From assembly GCA_003427395.1 (NCBI GenBank), contig BFEA01000001.1, positions 13,363,963-13,427,962 of the forward strand: a stretch of 64,000 nucleotides of DNA. Direction: 5' to 3'. Made by a program: the position numbers and the translations under genes. Every line of letters begins with the position of its first letter. Position 1 is the stretch's first letter. The DNA comes from Chara braunii. Lineage: Eukaryota > Plantae > Charophyceae. Shown here piece after piece: positions 38,621 through 51,570 of this stretch. The notes beneath the pieces were generated by a model. The model was not told the origin of the DNA and did no database searches. It worked only from the letters and a program-made list of their open reading frames with translations.

Positions 38621-39767
38621 AATAAGTCTTTGAATGTTTCTCCCTCATAATAAAGTAAATAATTGAATCCACGCAATTTAGAATGGACCGAACACTTTTC
38701 ATTAAACCACCAGTACCTCCGAGCCTGTTTTTGCTAACCCTGAATTTCACTGCGCTCCAAGTTTTGCCGAGTCTGGATACCACTCCGTTTTTTTTATTGT
38801 ACTCCCACAGAAGAAAAAAAAAAAAAAAAAAAAAAAAAGTTGTGGTCGTGAACCTCAGAAAAGGAAAGAAAAAAAAAAAAACAAACAAAGTTTTGGTCGT
38901 GATTGCAGTTGTATACATTCTTGGAAGTGGTAGTGTGAGTGCGCCCTCAATGAGGGCATCTCAACCCCGTGGTCAGGTTGTAAGATTCCAAAAAAAGAAT
39001 AAAAGGGGAAAAAAACGGGCACATAGATCCGACCGCGACAATGGTTGGATACATTCCCCTAAGTGCTAGTGTGATGAGCCTTACGATCCTCTTACAAAAC
39101 ACGGCTTGAGCAGATCGCGGACAACTTTAGCAATTCACGGACAGGGGACTTATAAGAAACACACGACCAAGAAAAAAAAAAACCAGTAATATTCAGAATA
39201 TGACCGCCTTACTTGTAAGGTGCATTCTGTGGAGGAAGATTGTGAGCACGGCCTCCTGGACTACCCAGCCCGACATCATTGCAGTAGAGAAAGCATTTCC
39301 CCCCCCCTTTTTTCGTTCACTCGCGGCACTATAAAATCCAAATTTATGGGACATTGCCGACCCTGTCTCCCACCCCCGAAAAATTCGTGTACTGGCCAAG
39401 ATATCGTAATTTCCCAACACTAAGGTACTCGTGGTTTGAACAAAGAAAAACACGATTCTGGACCACCCAACTTAGGGTCGAACATGTCTTCCGTTCAGAA
39501 AACCCAAAAGAAACATGCGACCAAACTGCCAAACTAAGGATAGACCCAACCTTTAAAAGTCAAGCAAACAGACCAACAAATAAAATAAATATAGTACTAA
39601 ACCACTCAACTTGGAATGATGCTCATCCTTTGGTTGACCCGGTCAATATAAGCAGAACCACCTTTCTTTCACCCTTCCCCCATTTTAACTCTCCGCTTTT
39701 AGATAAATATATGAAGTTTCCACACATAATGCATTCACCTTATTTAAGATTAAGTATTGAAATAAGC

Positions 39768-39813
<46 letters not shown>

Positions 39814-39907
39814 GGGGTAAAACTTTCCACACATAATGCATTCACCTTATCTAAGATTAAGTATTGAAATAAACATCCAATAATAATAATAATAATAATA
39901 ATAATAA

Positions 39908-40103
39908 GGAGTAACTACGCGGGAGTCACAAAAACGAGTTATAATTGCACTACAGGCCAAGATACAGTTTTGCAACTACACTTTAGGCACCATACTTGGC
40001 TAGAAAGATGGGTTGTATACATTCCCCGAACTGCTATTCGAAATTGTATTTTGACTCATAATGCAATTATAACTCGTTTTTTTGACTCGCACGTAGTTTC
40101 TCC
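39908..40103. mobile_element. PIF/Harbinger (Tourist-like) MITE inserted in (TAA)n
   Basis: ~42-bp TIR ggagtaactacgcgggagtcacaaaaacgagttataattgca; TAA on both flanks. Confidence 0.8.
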
Positions 40104-40175
<72 letters not shown>

Positions 40176-42467
40176 GTAAATCAATCATGCTTTAGTCAGC
40201 TAGGGCCTAGTACGGTTAGTGAAATGCGGATCACACGTGTAAAACGGTCGTATACTTGAGTGTCCCCCGCCTTTAAAACCCCGCCTCGGCTCCGACAATC
40301 GGTGGGCTAACCCCCATACGCCTTGATGCGGTCTTGTGGGTTGTAATCTCACCTGTGGATTTCCTTTCCCGAACCACAAATTAGACTTAGAGTAAGAAAG
40401 ACAGAAGAAGAGATGACAAACTCTCAAGATACTAAGAAAGGGTCACTACACTCAAACTCGCGTGGAGAGGACGTTGGTACCTTCAACTCCTAAGGCCCCG
40501 CAATGGTGGCCGATTGCCGAGCCTGAAGCCAATTGACAGCACGTGCCTCAGTAACCTCAAAACCTCAACAGTTGTAGCAGTTCCCAACTGTCCATAATTG
40601 TCATAGTCCAGAGATCAACCAATCGCAACAACACCAAAAAAAATTATGGTCCGCAGTGTCGCAGTACAAACAAAAGTCTTCTCACTGCCGCAATAATAAT
40701 TTGTTGAGAAAACCAACTGTTGTGTTCGAATGCACTGCCATAGCACCATTCTACAGTAGAATAGCAGCAACACTGCAACCAAGTAATAGAAACTCACCGC
40801 TTAGCAGTTGCAACAACAACGCAACGGTTACGATCCTCGACACCAGCAATGATGCGCTACACACAACACCACCACCTCAATACGCCGCACCAACATCCGA
40901 AAGCGCACCAATGATGCTGAGTACTCAATAACCAATTGAAATGAACACACAATAGCCATAGTAGTTGTGTCAACAGTCCAGCGTGGCTACAGCCGTACAC
41001 ATCTGCAGTCCGATGAGAAGGCAGGGACTTCGCCAACTGAAACCACAGTCCTTCTCTCTACTGTAGTAGTCCGAACCTTTTCGAACTCGAAACAGTTGTA
41101 GCCGGAGGAGGACCGTTTGTTCTGCTAAGAAAGTTGCAACACCCCCAGGCCGATGGTAGCCGTGGTTTCAACTTGGTTGATAATAGCATCAGTCTGAGCC
41201 TGAACAGTTTGAAAATCATCAGTTGGAGACTCAACCCCTCCCAACCTTGTCAACAATGTGAGTCGTTTGCCACTTCAATAGCCGAGTTCCTCCCCTCTTT
41301 CATATGTTTGTTCCTCCTACCCACCCAATGTGGAAAACGAGGATGAATCTTTCCCTAAAACTTGGGAAGGCACATTCATGCTTTCCTTCATCCCCGTCTT
41401 ACCTCCTTACCTCTCTCCTTCTCGTCGACCACCTGTATCCTTTTACCTTTATCCCTGTATGCTCCCATTCATTGGAGCCAACCCAAACCTCAGTCAGGTG
41501 AACACGCTGTTGATCAAGGATAGCAAGGTAAGTTCCTCCACAAGCGTGGATGTCATGAAGCTGAAACTGCTTGTGTATTCGCAGCCAGGAGGCTGCGCTA
41601 TACCTGGTTGCATTTTTGGCGCCCAGCGGGTTTCCCGATCGGGAAATGTCGACGACCTTTTTGGGGCTTAGAGCGGGGTAGAGGGCATGGGAATATGCAC
41701 CAGAAGGGTGAGGTCATTGTCATAAGACCGACCGGTCGTTTAGGCGTTCGCAACAGAGGCAAAAACGAAACGACCACTGATAGCCTGCAGAGGTCGTTCA
41801 ACTATCGTTTCGGACGGCGTCCAGGGGTTTCTTGCTCGAGAAAGTGTGGAGGGAAAATGGAGGGAACGGGAAAGTAGGGGCCGTTTGGGAGGGGCATAGG
41901 GTCGGCCTACAACCGACTAGTGAGTCTTGGAGACGATACACGTTCTGACAAGTTGTGACAACAAAGTAGGAAAAAAAAGAAACAACCCTTCACCTTCCTA
42001 GTTGCTCAGGAGAGATTCATTCTCACTTTGCACATTTGGTGAGTGTTTTTTTTTTTTTATTAATGTTTTAAGATTTTAAGATTTGGCGAGTTCTCCTCGT
42101 CTGCTACTATTTTTCAAGTCGTCAGCGCTCTTGCACCTACGACTTTTGATGCCACCCTTCTTACACTTGCATGCAGAGGAGGCTGGCACGGGGCGCAGAG
42201 GACGACGACCATGGAAACAGACTAGCATGCACCATTCACACGTTCCCGTTGTGCACGTATGCGACACACACTCGCACGTGCGACGAATCAGTTTGCCAAA
42301 GTCTTTTTTTATGGAGCTGTTTACACACACACGCACAGACGCATGCACGCACACACACATACACACACATACACACACAAAAAAAAATCGCTCGCAATAT
42401 GCGACTGGTGAATGTTGTCATGTTGCCACAACCCTAGTCTCTCTTTCTCTTTCTCTCTCTTTCTCTC

Positions 42468-42508
<41 letters not shown>

Positions 42509-42679
42509 TTTTGTTTTTCGATTCTTAGAGCCTGCCAAGTGCTCACTCGAAATGAGAGTAATGAAGACTCAGGGTGTTAACCCTCTTTTTTTTTTTTTTT
42601 TTTCTTCCTTTTGTTTTTCGATTATTGGAGCCTGCCAAGTGCTCACTCGAAATGAGAGTACTGAAGACTGAGGGTGTTA

Positions 42680-42747
<68 letters not shown>

Positions 42748-45700
42748 GCATGTACTCTAACCTACATATATGAGAACGAGAGAATATGAGAATGATGTTC
42801 CTGGTTATCTGATCTCCGAGTTTTTCACTACGATTGGATAATAAACATCAATTGACACGTGGCAGAGATTCACAATGGGAGTGAAGCACTCTGCAGTTCA
42901 GTCGTTTTTTTTTCATGTCAATAGTGGTGGAGCTTTATTGACCTCACACTCAATTCCTTTGTCATTGGGTGTCCTCACACTCAAATTCTTTCGAAAAGAG
43001 TCGTGGAACTTTATTGACCGCTACTTTCTTTTTCTTCTTTCTTTTCTGTCTCCTGTTGCTCTGGCTCCTCCCCACCTTTCTTTACGAACACCGTCCTTAT
43101 TCTCCTTTTCTTTCTTTTGCGTCTTCGTGTTCTTATTTTATCTTTAACACTTCCCTTTCATCCTCCTCATCTCTCGCCTTTTGTTTTGTATGTCTCGTTG
43201 CATCACGTCTCCCTACCCTTATGGGTCTCGCTCCACTACTCACAAAATTTGCAAAATGAGATTGAATCCTCCACTGAAACATGAAAAGGTACAATGTCAT
43301 ATTTTTTGTCTTTCGTACATGTCGAGAGTAGTGGACTTTTGTTGACCTCGCTCTCCATTTCTTTCGGAAAACACACTCCATGCTCACTATGGGAGAGTTT
43401 GCAGACTCCCTAAACGAGGCACCAAATCGTGCACACGAAGACTCCCAAACTCCGTATGCATTTGGCTTCTTTTCTGGACCACATACATTTCCCTATCCTT
43501 GCCCGACTGTTGTGCGCCGATAATTGAAAAACAAGCGACCCTATCCTTGCCCGACTGTCGTGCGCCCACAATAATTGAAGAAAAATTGAAGGTGTTCCCT
43601 CTAATGCACAAAACTCTACATGTGTTATGACACTTTTTTAGACTGCATACATTGAAAACCTCCAAATAAATGTGGAGTGTTGCATAGTGGTATGAACCCC
43701 AATGATATGCAAAAATATGAGGAATAAAATGTCTTTCTAAGAAAACGGTTTGACGACTTTCTCTTTTGCACCTTCATCCTCACTCCCCCGGGCTGCGTCT
43801 CCGGGCTGTGCGCGGTACACATTATCCCTACAACGAGTAAGCAAGCACAAAAAACATCTACCCCGTAAACCGAATCGCCAAGGAGAGGAATACCATGAGG
43901 AAAAAAACGTCGTGGAAAGTACTACGGTAGCATCGAAGGCCACTGCTATGACGAGCGTCAGGGTGATTATAAGAAGGCCACATGAACCCTTTGCTATGAA
44001 AAGAGTGGATAACTATAAGAAGGCAGCATGAGCCCAACCAAGAAAAACAAACAATGTCAAGAAGGCATGCCTCACTTAGGGGTTAAACATTGCCGTAAAG
44101 ACATCTCGCAAATGAACAAACAGAACCACGCGAGCATAATAGGGAGAACGCATGAGTTGATAAGGACTGATCTGGACTGTAGTTAGGCGGTGTTGCTCCG
44201 CTACTTACAAAAATAGGCAAATTGAAAATGAATCTTCTGCTAAAATTTCGCTGGGTGCATAGCATGACGAAGGCGACGACCACAACGAACAAACCCAGTA
44301 TAAAAGATGAGCGACGTAAGTGAGGCCCCCCGCCATGAGTACGAAGATGAACTTGATCAAGCACAGTATGCACAACGATCGCGAGGAGCAATACGATGAG
44401 CAAACCGATAATGACCTCCGACATGAATGTGACTGTGATGAGCATGACCTCCAAAGTGAACGGGACAAGCAGTACCATAATGACAATCACAACACAATGA
44501 CACGATCATCATGCTCACGACAATCTTTTCCACAATCTTGATTACTGCTAGAAGGGTGAATGTGGTCGCAGTGTACTACTCACCGCATGTGCAAAATGAG
44601 AATGAACCTCTCACTAGAATATGGGAAGATACACTTATTTGTTCCTATCTGTGCGTAGTAGCCCTCACGCTTACTTCGTTTGCTCCCACACTCTTTCCCC
44701 TCCACTCTCTTCTTCTCTCGGTATCTTTTTCCCCCCATGCTCATCGACTTCCCACCTTCTCTCCTCTTTCGGCACCTCCCTTCTAACAAGCATCCCGCCA
44801 TCATTCATCCTTAGTGCATTTGACTGAAATCACACTCGGACCAGTGCACATCGTGCAAGCCGAATTTGCACGCCTCCTGCTCGTCACTATCTTTCTCCTT
44901 CTCTCTCTCTTTCTCTTTACGTTCCTTTTTGTTTTATCGCAAACTTACTCATGCACGTTGTTCCACAGTGACTACTTATATACGGATGCACTTGGTCGCT
45001 CCCATGTCCAGTTTCATTCGAATAAGAAATGTCAACTTGCGAGGAAGAAGATCTCGCCACGATCGAGAATGACGAGCTGGGTTAGGACCACTACCACGAT
45101 CAAGGAAGAGCACTGCTATCACAACTATAAAGAAGAGCTCCACGATACAATGACGAAGAAGATCACCACGACGAGCAACACCTTGACAAACGCGTGAGTG
45201 ATGGACATAACAATGGAGATGAGCACCTCAATCACAACGATGATAAAGAGCACGCACGGTAAAAATTCAATGATCAACATTATGGCGACGAAGTGAAAAT
45301 GAGCCAAAGGGCGCAATGATGACCTCGCTGCACTACTCATCAAATATGCAAAATGAGAATGAATCTTCTGCTAGAACATGGGAAGATACACCGCAAAAGA
45401 AATACAACCACCTTGGTGAACTAGGTCGGGATCAGGAGGTCGACCAACCCTTGAATGAAGATAATCACTCAAACCACGATGGAGACGAACTCCACGATGA
45501 ACGTCACAGACAACACCTAGACGACCGCCATTCACGTAAAGGCAATCAGGACGATCCCGGCTTACCATGGCCAGTACGGGCACAATCGTCCTAATGCTCA
45601 GGATGAAAATGATGAAAACCTCTAAAAAGAGCGATTGCAACGAACTTCAAAACCACCAAGGTGAACCTGGATTCGTGATCCCCATGGAGAGCAAAGTCGG

Positions 45701-46334
45701 AATGAAGATGACAACCACGAGCATGACAGCCCATATTGTGATCACCAACATATCGAGCAGCTCTGTGATTTGGATGGCGACCAGGAAGTGCAACTTTTGA
45801 ATCGTAGTGATAAGTTGCGCCACAACGTGACTTTCAATGATGACAATGATGATCTCTATCTGATTGTGATAACAAGCAGGAACAGCAATTCGATCTCCGC
45901 TCTCCAAATATGCAAGATGAGAATGATTTTTACCCTAGAACAAGAAAAGATGCATCACACGTATGAAAAAATGCAGATCAGATAAGTACCTTTCTCCCTC
46001 TTTCCTTTGTCGCCCCCCTTCATTCCTCTTTTTTTTCACCTTACTGTATTTCCCCTGACGGTTCCTAATTCACACACCACTCCCACTTTCTTCTTCTCCG
46101 TGGGCTTGGCCTTGTTAATGTCACCTTTCCTCCTCTTCCTCAATTAACCTTTACTCACATTACTCTGCCACTTGACTGATCACAACGACCAATGAGGAAA
46201 TAAAAACTAGTTATTGGGTCAGACGCTCTTTTGTAACGAAGAATGAATGACCTGCAGACCTCGTGGTTACGAGTCTGGTCCTATATGGAAAACACAACAG
46301 TCCCAATGATCGGTATCAAGCACATCGGTCCCGC

Positions 46335-47130
46335 ACTCTCCTTGTCACGTCACGCAAAATTTTGCATGACTTTTTTCGCATGAGCGTTTGCGGCTCTGGC
46401 CGAGCGCGCCAACTGTATCTCTCGCTAACCCCTACGACAAAATTGAGGTTACGTGAGACACAACTTACCTCTGCCCAAGGGGCTGTCACCACCCTTGGGC
46501 AGGTGTATTCCCGTCGAGCTGCCGAATCACATGCGAAAACTTCTCGAGTGCAATCGCAGAGGTCGCTCAGTCAAGGGCGTTTCTTGTTCGTTGTAGCATA
46601 CGGGGTACGCGTGGTCAAATGCCTTAATCGGACCCTCGTGCGAACCGATGCTCTGGGGCTGATCTCCCAATGACGGCTCTGCGGCGGTTGATTAAAATAG
46701 CCAATCTAACCATGCGACACTATTTACAAAATAAATCAAGTTTCATACGTAACTTGCGCCTAGTTCCTTATTCATTTTCGACCCATCGCTTTTTGGCAAT
46801 TGAGCAAGCGGACGTCGCACATGATACTCTGATGTAATGTCCAAAACCATGTAGTCCTCAATGATTTTGAGGGTTGTCTTCGACATTCAAGTGTTGGTTG
46901 ACACACATCTTGAGATGTTAGTCTCGTGAAGCTACACAATCGCAAATGTGATTGTGAGTCATACCCACTTCTGCACACTGTTGAGAAGAGCGGTAGGCGG
47001 GCTTCGACCCTTTGTGGCAGCCAAACGTCCCTGACTCTCGGGACGGGCTCCATCTTCGGAGGCCTTGAATAGGTCAAGAAGTTTGACTTTGACAGTCGCT
47101 ACAGACTTCAACGTCCAACTATAAAACTTT
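46335..47130. mobile_element. Non-coding repeat element, copy B (partial)
   Basis: Shares the gctctggccgag...acttacct...tgcaatcgcagagg...gtagcat.gggg block and the aacgtccaac block. Confidence 0.65.
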
Positions 47131-48689
47131 AATAAGCAAAATTAAAAAAAGTTTTTTTTTTTTTTTTCTCAATCCACCTAGAGAATTGTAAGTTCGCAGT
47201 ACCTCCTTACCCATACACCAACCACCGCCCAGCTCACAACGCTTCAAAAACTTTGATCAAACTGCTGCTGCGCAACCTAGACAGATTGCGTTCGAATCAA
47301 ACACACCTCATGTGCTCTGTTCACAGTGCAAGCAAGTTGCGGTAGAAACTCAACAACAATTGTGTGCGCAATAGTAAAACAAAAATAACAATGCTCAATA
47401 ACAAATGACGATTGCACCTCCCCTTAAAATGATTGCGAACAACACCGCTCACTTGCTGGTTGCGAACTTCACTGTCACAACGTCGCAACAAGCACAACAA
47501 TAGTTGTTTTTCCAAGCGCCAACCTGTTTCATTGTACCAGTTGTGAAAACAACCGTAATCAGAAGTACCTAGCAGCTCTGTTGGGAGAATGAAGGGAAGT
47601 CGTTGCCCCCTGAAGAAAGACAACCACGACCACCTAAAACTTACCATTAGCAGGAGTCTGGTCAAAAGATCCCAACTCGGCGCTGTTGAGAAAATGTACA
47701 GCCCGCTGTCAGTGAGGGAAACAAAACCCAGTTTGCTATCACTGGGGAAAAACACGGTCCGCTGTTTAAATTGTACCAGTTGCAATCGTTGTCCCTTGGA
47801 ACCCAATAACTGCTACAAGGTAGTGCATCTCAAGCAAGACTTCAGGACTGGGGAACAACAGTCACAATGGCGCAACAATCCATTATTATGACATCAACCA
47901 CCTTCGCGACATAGGCCAATGACAACAACATTTTAATGCCAATCATAGTCTGTTAGCGATCTTGAGAGCTATAGTAATCAGCTAGCCTTAAGTCAATACC
48001 AACAGTAATCTCCAGTTGTCTGTATACTGCGGTCGTCCATTGCAGTTAGGAACACCAGGAGTGCCATTCTGATTGCACAACAACGACCAAACTTACCAGC
48101 AAAAGTACACGTACTAGCAGAGAGCAATGGCAACATCGTAGGAATAATACAACAATTAACAACTGCAAAATATACAAAATTGACCCCGTGAAGTACAATA
48201 GTTGAAAGGAATGTGATAACAGCAACAAGGCACGCAGCGCAACACTCAAAGATGAGACAGTAATGGTGATGCTTTTAAATACAGCAACAACCCTCGATAA
48301 TGCTCCGATCGCACATGAGAAACCAACAATAAAACTATAAAGAATCATTTGGTTTTAATAGCAGTCGCGCAAAAAATCCAAGTCACAACAAACTAGGACA
48401 ATGAAACAACAGTAAGTCTGCTTACTGCTACTATGAGTCAATTGGGCAGGCAGAAGCCTCGTTCGTTAATGAGATTAGTTGGACAAGTCACTTCTTCTAC
48501 TAAGAACGACCATGCACCATCACCAAGAAAGAACTCTTAATCTATCAATCCAGGTTATGCCTGGTTTTGGTGCGCCTCAAGCCGTTGTCGAGCGCATCGG
48601 TCCGATACCGCACAAAACGGGGCGGGACCCTCCCGGCCGCGTCAAGCAAGAGTCGGTCTAATCCTCGTCGCGAATACACGTAGAGCTTC

Positions 48690-51570
48690 CCCAAGCCGCT
48701 CCGGCCGAGTGCGCCAGCTATACCTCTCGCGAGCCCCCACGACAAAGATAGGCCCTACGAGAGGCACGACTTACCTACACCTTACGGGAGCTGTCACCTC
48801 CCTTCGGTGGGCGTATCCCCGCCGAGCTACCAGTCCACAGTACGAAAGCTAATCAGTTGCAATCGCAGAGGTGGACCGGCTGAGGGTGTTTCTCGTTCGC
48901 TGTAGCATAGGGGGTACACGCGGTTTTACGTCTCTATCGGACCCACACGCGAATCGACATCTTGGGGGGCTGAGGTCCCAAGCTCGACTCGTCGCCGGTC
49001 GACTAGGACGCATCCCATACACCATGCGTACTCCACTGTAAATAACATAAAAATAAAAACATACACACATACTTATACACAAAAAAAATCGGATAGGCGT
49101 CGCGTGCGAGACTTAGTACAAAACCGCACGAACGGAGGACTAACTCATATCGACTCGCAATGCAAGCAGTCGCATGATGGCGCACCATGTAGTACCCATA
49201 CTCATGCGGTCCTCGTTAATCTCGAGGGTCGCATTCGACACTCAAGTGTCGGCTGACACGCACCTTGAGGGATTGATCTCTCAATGCTGGACAAGCGCCA
49301 AGTGCGGTTGGAAACCACACCTTCTTCTGCACCTTGCGGAGAGTGGGTGGTACACAGGTTCATACCTGCGGTGACAATCGTCTCTTATCGCCCTGAAGAC
49401 CAGGGCATGGAGAGAAATCAAGGGGTTTGACTTGGACGGCTGCCACAGACTTTAACGTCCAACCATAAAAGTTAACAAGCAAAATCACTCAATAAATAAA
49501 TAAACATCCCAACACTCATATATCAAATGACAACTCGAGATAAAATAAAAGAAAGGGAAACATAAACCCATCAGGTATGCAGATTGTGCGACACATGGTT
49601 GTCATTCTCACTGCCTCCAAAGTAAGGCTTGTATACAGACTCCCAGACACTAACCTGTATAAAACACAAACATAGACGAACGCCACATTGCCATATACCA
49701 ATGTGGTTAACTTTACTGTTCCCTGTAACTCACATCATGCCTCACACACTCAAGCCCCAGTCATAGTCGAACTTTCCATAAATCTCATAAGTTCTTTATA
49801 ATGGTCATTTAAAATAAGTTTGGTTAAAAACCTAAAAGAAACATATCAAATTTCAGGGCTAAGGCGTCAAGTTGAGGTACAAGTATAAGCCAAGTTATGT
49901 CGTGAGCCGACAAGTCGGCGATCAACCAACCGACATGTTATCAATGATAACAAAAGATGATCCTCACACGATCAAACTGAAACTAGTTTTAATCCTGGAT
50001 CGAATGTCCAAAGAAAGCCTGTATCATACGACAGTTCAACGCCGAAGTTAAATCATCAGTGTATGGAGAACAAGTCCCCATGACACATTCTCATTCAAAA
50101 CTCTCTTGATAACCAAGCCTAGGTCTATCTCTAAGTCAGTATCCAAAGAAAGGTAGACCTATGGCAAAATCTCCCCCATACAAAGTGGATCGTCATGATT
50201 GCCACTTATGAAAGTATAGTCTATCTTCTCTAATCTACAAAAATTTCGGCAGCGCTTCCCATAGGAAAAGTGTCTTCTCAGAATTTATACCAGCCCAAAT
50301 ATAAAAACCAAAATAATCTTCAACTTTCCAAAGTTAAATTTTATTTAACTCTCTGAATTAACAAAAATTTGGGCAACACTCCTTTTAGAAAAGGAGACTT
50401 TCCATATTTTTACTAAGCCATATATAAAGATTAGGCAAGTTGAATTTTAAAAAGTCAAATTTTGACTAACTCCTTGGATTTGCAGAAATTTCGGCAACGC
50501 TTCCCGTAGAAAAAGCAGCTTACCAAAATTTATACAAAATCAAGTTCAGAATTTCAAGTGACTTTGACTTCTCAAGGTCCAATTTTGTCTAACTCCCTGA
50601 AGTAGCAAAAATTTGGACAGCATTCCCTTTAGAACATGAGGCTTTCCAAATTTTTACTAAGCCAAAAAGTAAGACAAACTGAACCTTGAAAATACAAAAT
50701 ATGACTAACTCCTTAGTTTTGTAGAAATTTCGGTAGCGCTTCCCGTAGAGAAAGTAGCTTATCGGTATTTATACAGGGCCAAGTATAATAAACAATCCCA
50801 GAAAATGCAGAAATCGACCTAAGTAAAAATGAACTTAGCTCATAAAATGCAGGAATTGAAACTAACTCTTATACCTCTAACACGTGGCGAGCAACTAACG
50901 CAACTACCTATCAACTGAAACGCAGACTAAGTAGTAGTCTCACTCAGCCACATACAGGCCAAACCACAAAGGTAAGTACTCTCACCATCCAAAAATCAAC
51001 CTTATCAAACAATAGTTCATGATCTTTCAATGATTTATCCCTTTATACCCAGCTTACATAGGGCATAAAGCTAGACCACCCAAACTTATGGAACATGTTT
51101 AGCTCAACCATTGAATATACACAAACAAAGGGCACAACAACTTTTCTCTTCCTTGGGCATATGACTAGGCCACCCTAGTCGCCCTGAACTGTTCAAAATA
51201 GCCAAGTTATATATAATTGTCTGCGCTCAATTTTTTTGAGGTACCATATAACTGAACCAATCATCTTTAGTTCAAGATTCGGTCTGCCCCTTCGTACCAT
51301 AAATGTATTCTTAGTTAATACTCTCTTCAGTTGGTGATAAGCTATAGTCAGACCACCCAAACTTATGGAACCCTGTCTGACTAGCCTGTTCATTGATAAA
51401 GTAATAATAAAATATAGACAAGTTCTATCCTTTTGGTTCCAGCATGTGCGTGATATTAGACCAAGACCACCCAAACTTATAGAACATGTTTGATCCTCAG
51501 CCTGGTTCATTCTCTTAAAACCAAAGCAGGAAGAGTTTGAGCCACCCAAACTTATGGAACATGCTTAAAC
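48690..51570. mobile_element. Non-coding repeat element, copy C
   Basis: Collinear with copy A, including the ~120-bp repeats and the terminal motif array. Confidence 0.65.
50235..50790. repeat. ~120-bp tandem repeat with alternating A/B subunits
   Basis: aaatttcggcagcgcttccc-type units alternate with aaatttggRcaRca..cYttttagaa-type units. Confidence 0.8.

Noticed and set aside
44083-45985. Hydrophobic or D/H/N-rich ORFs
   Set aside because: Products of GAY/CAY-biased degenerate repeats, with frequent stops and no conserved frame between copies
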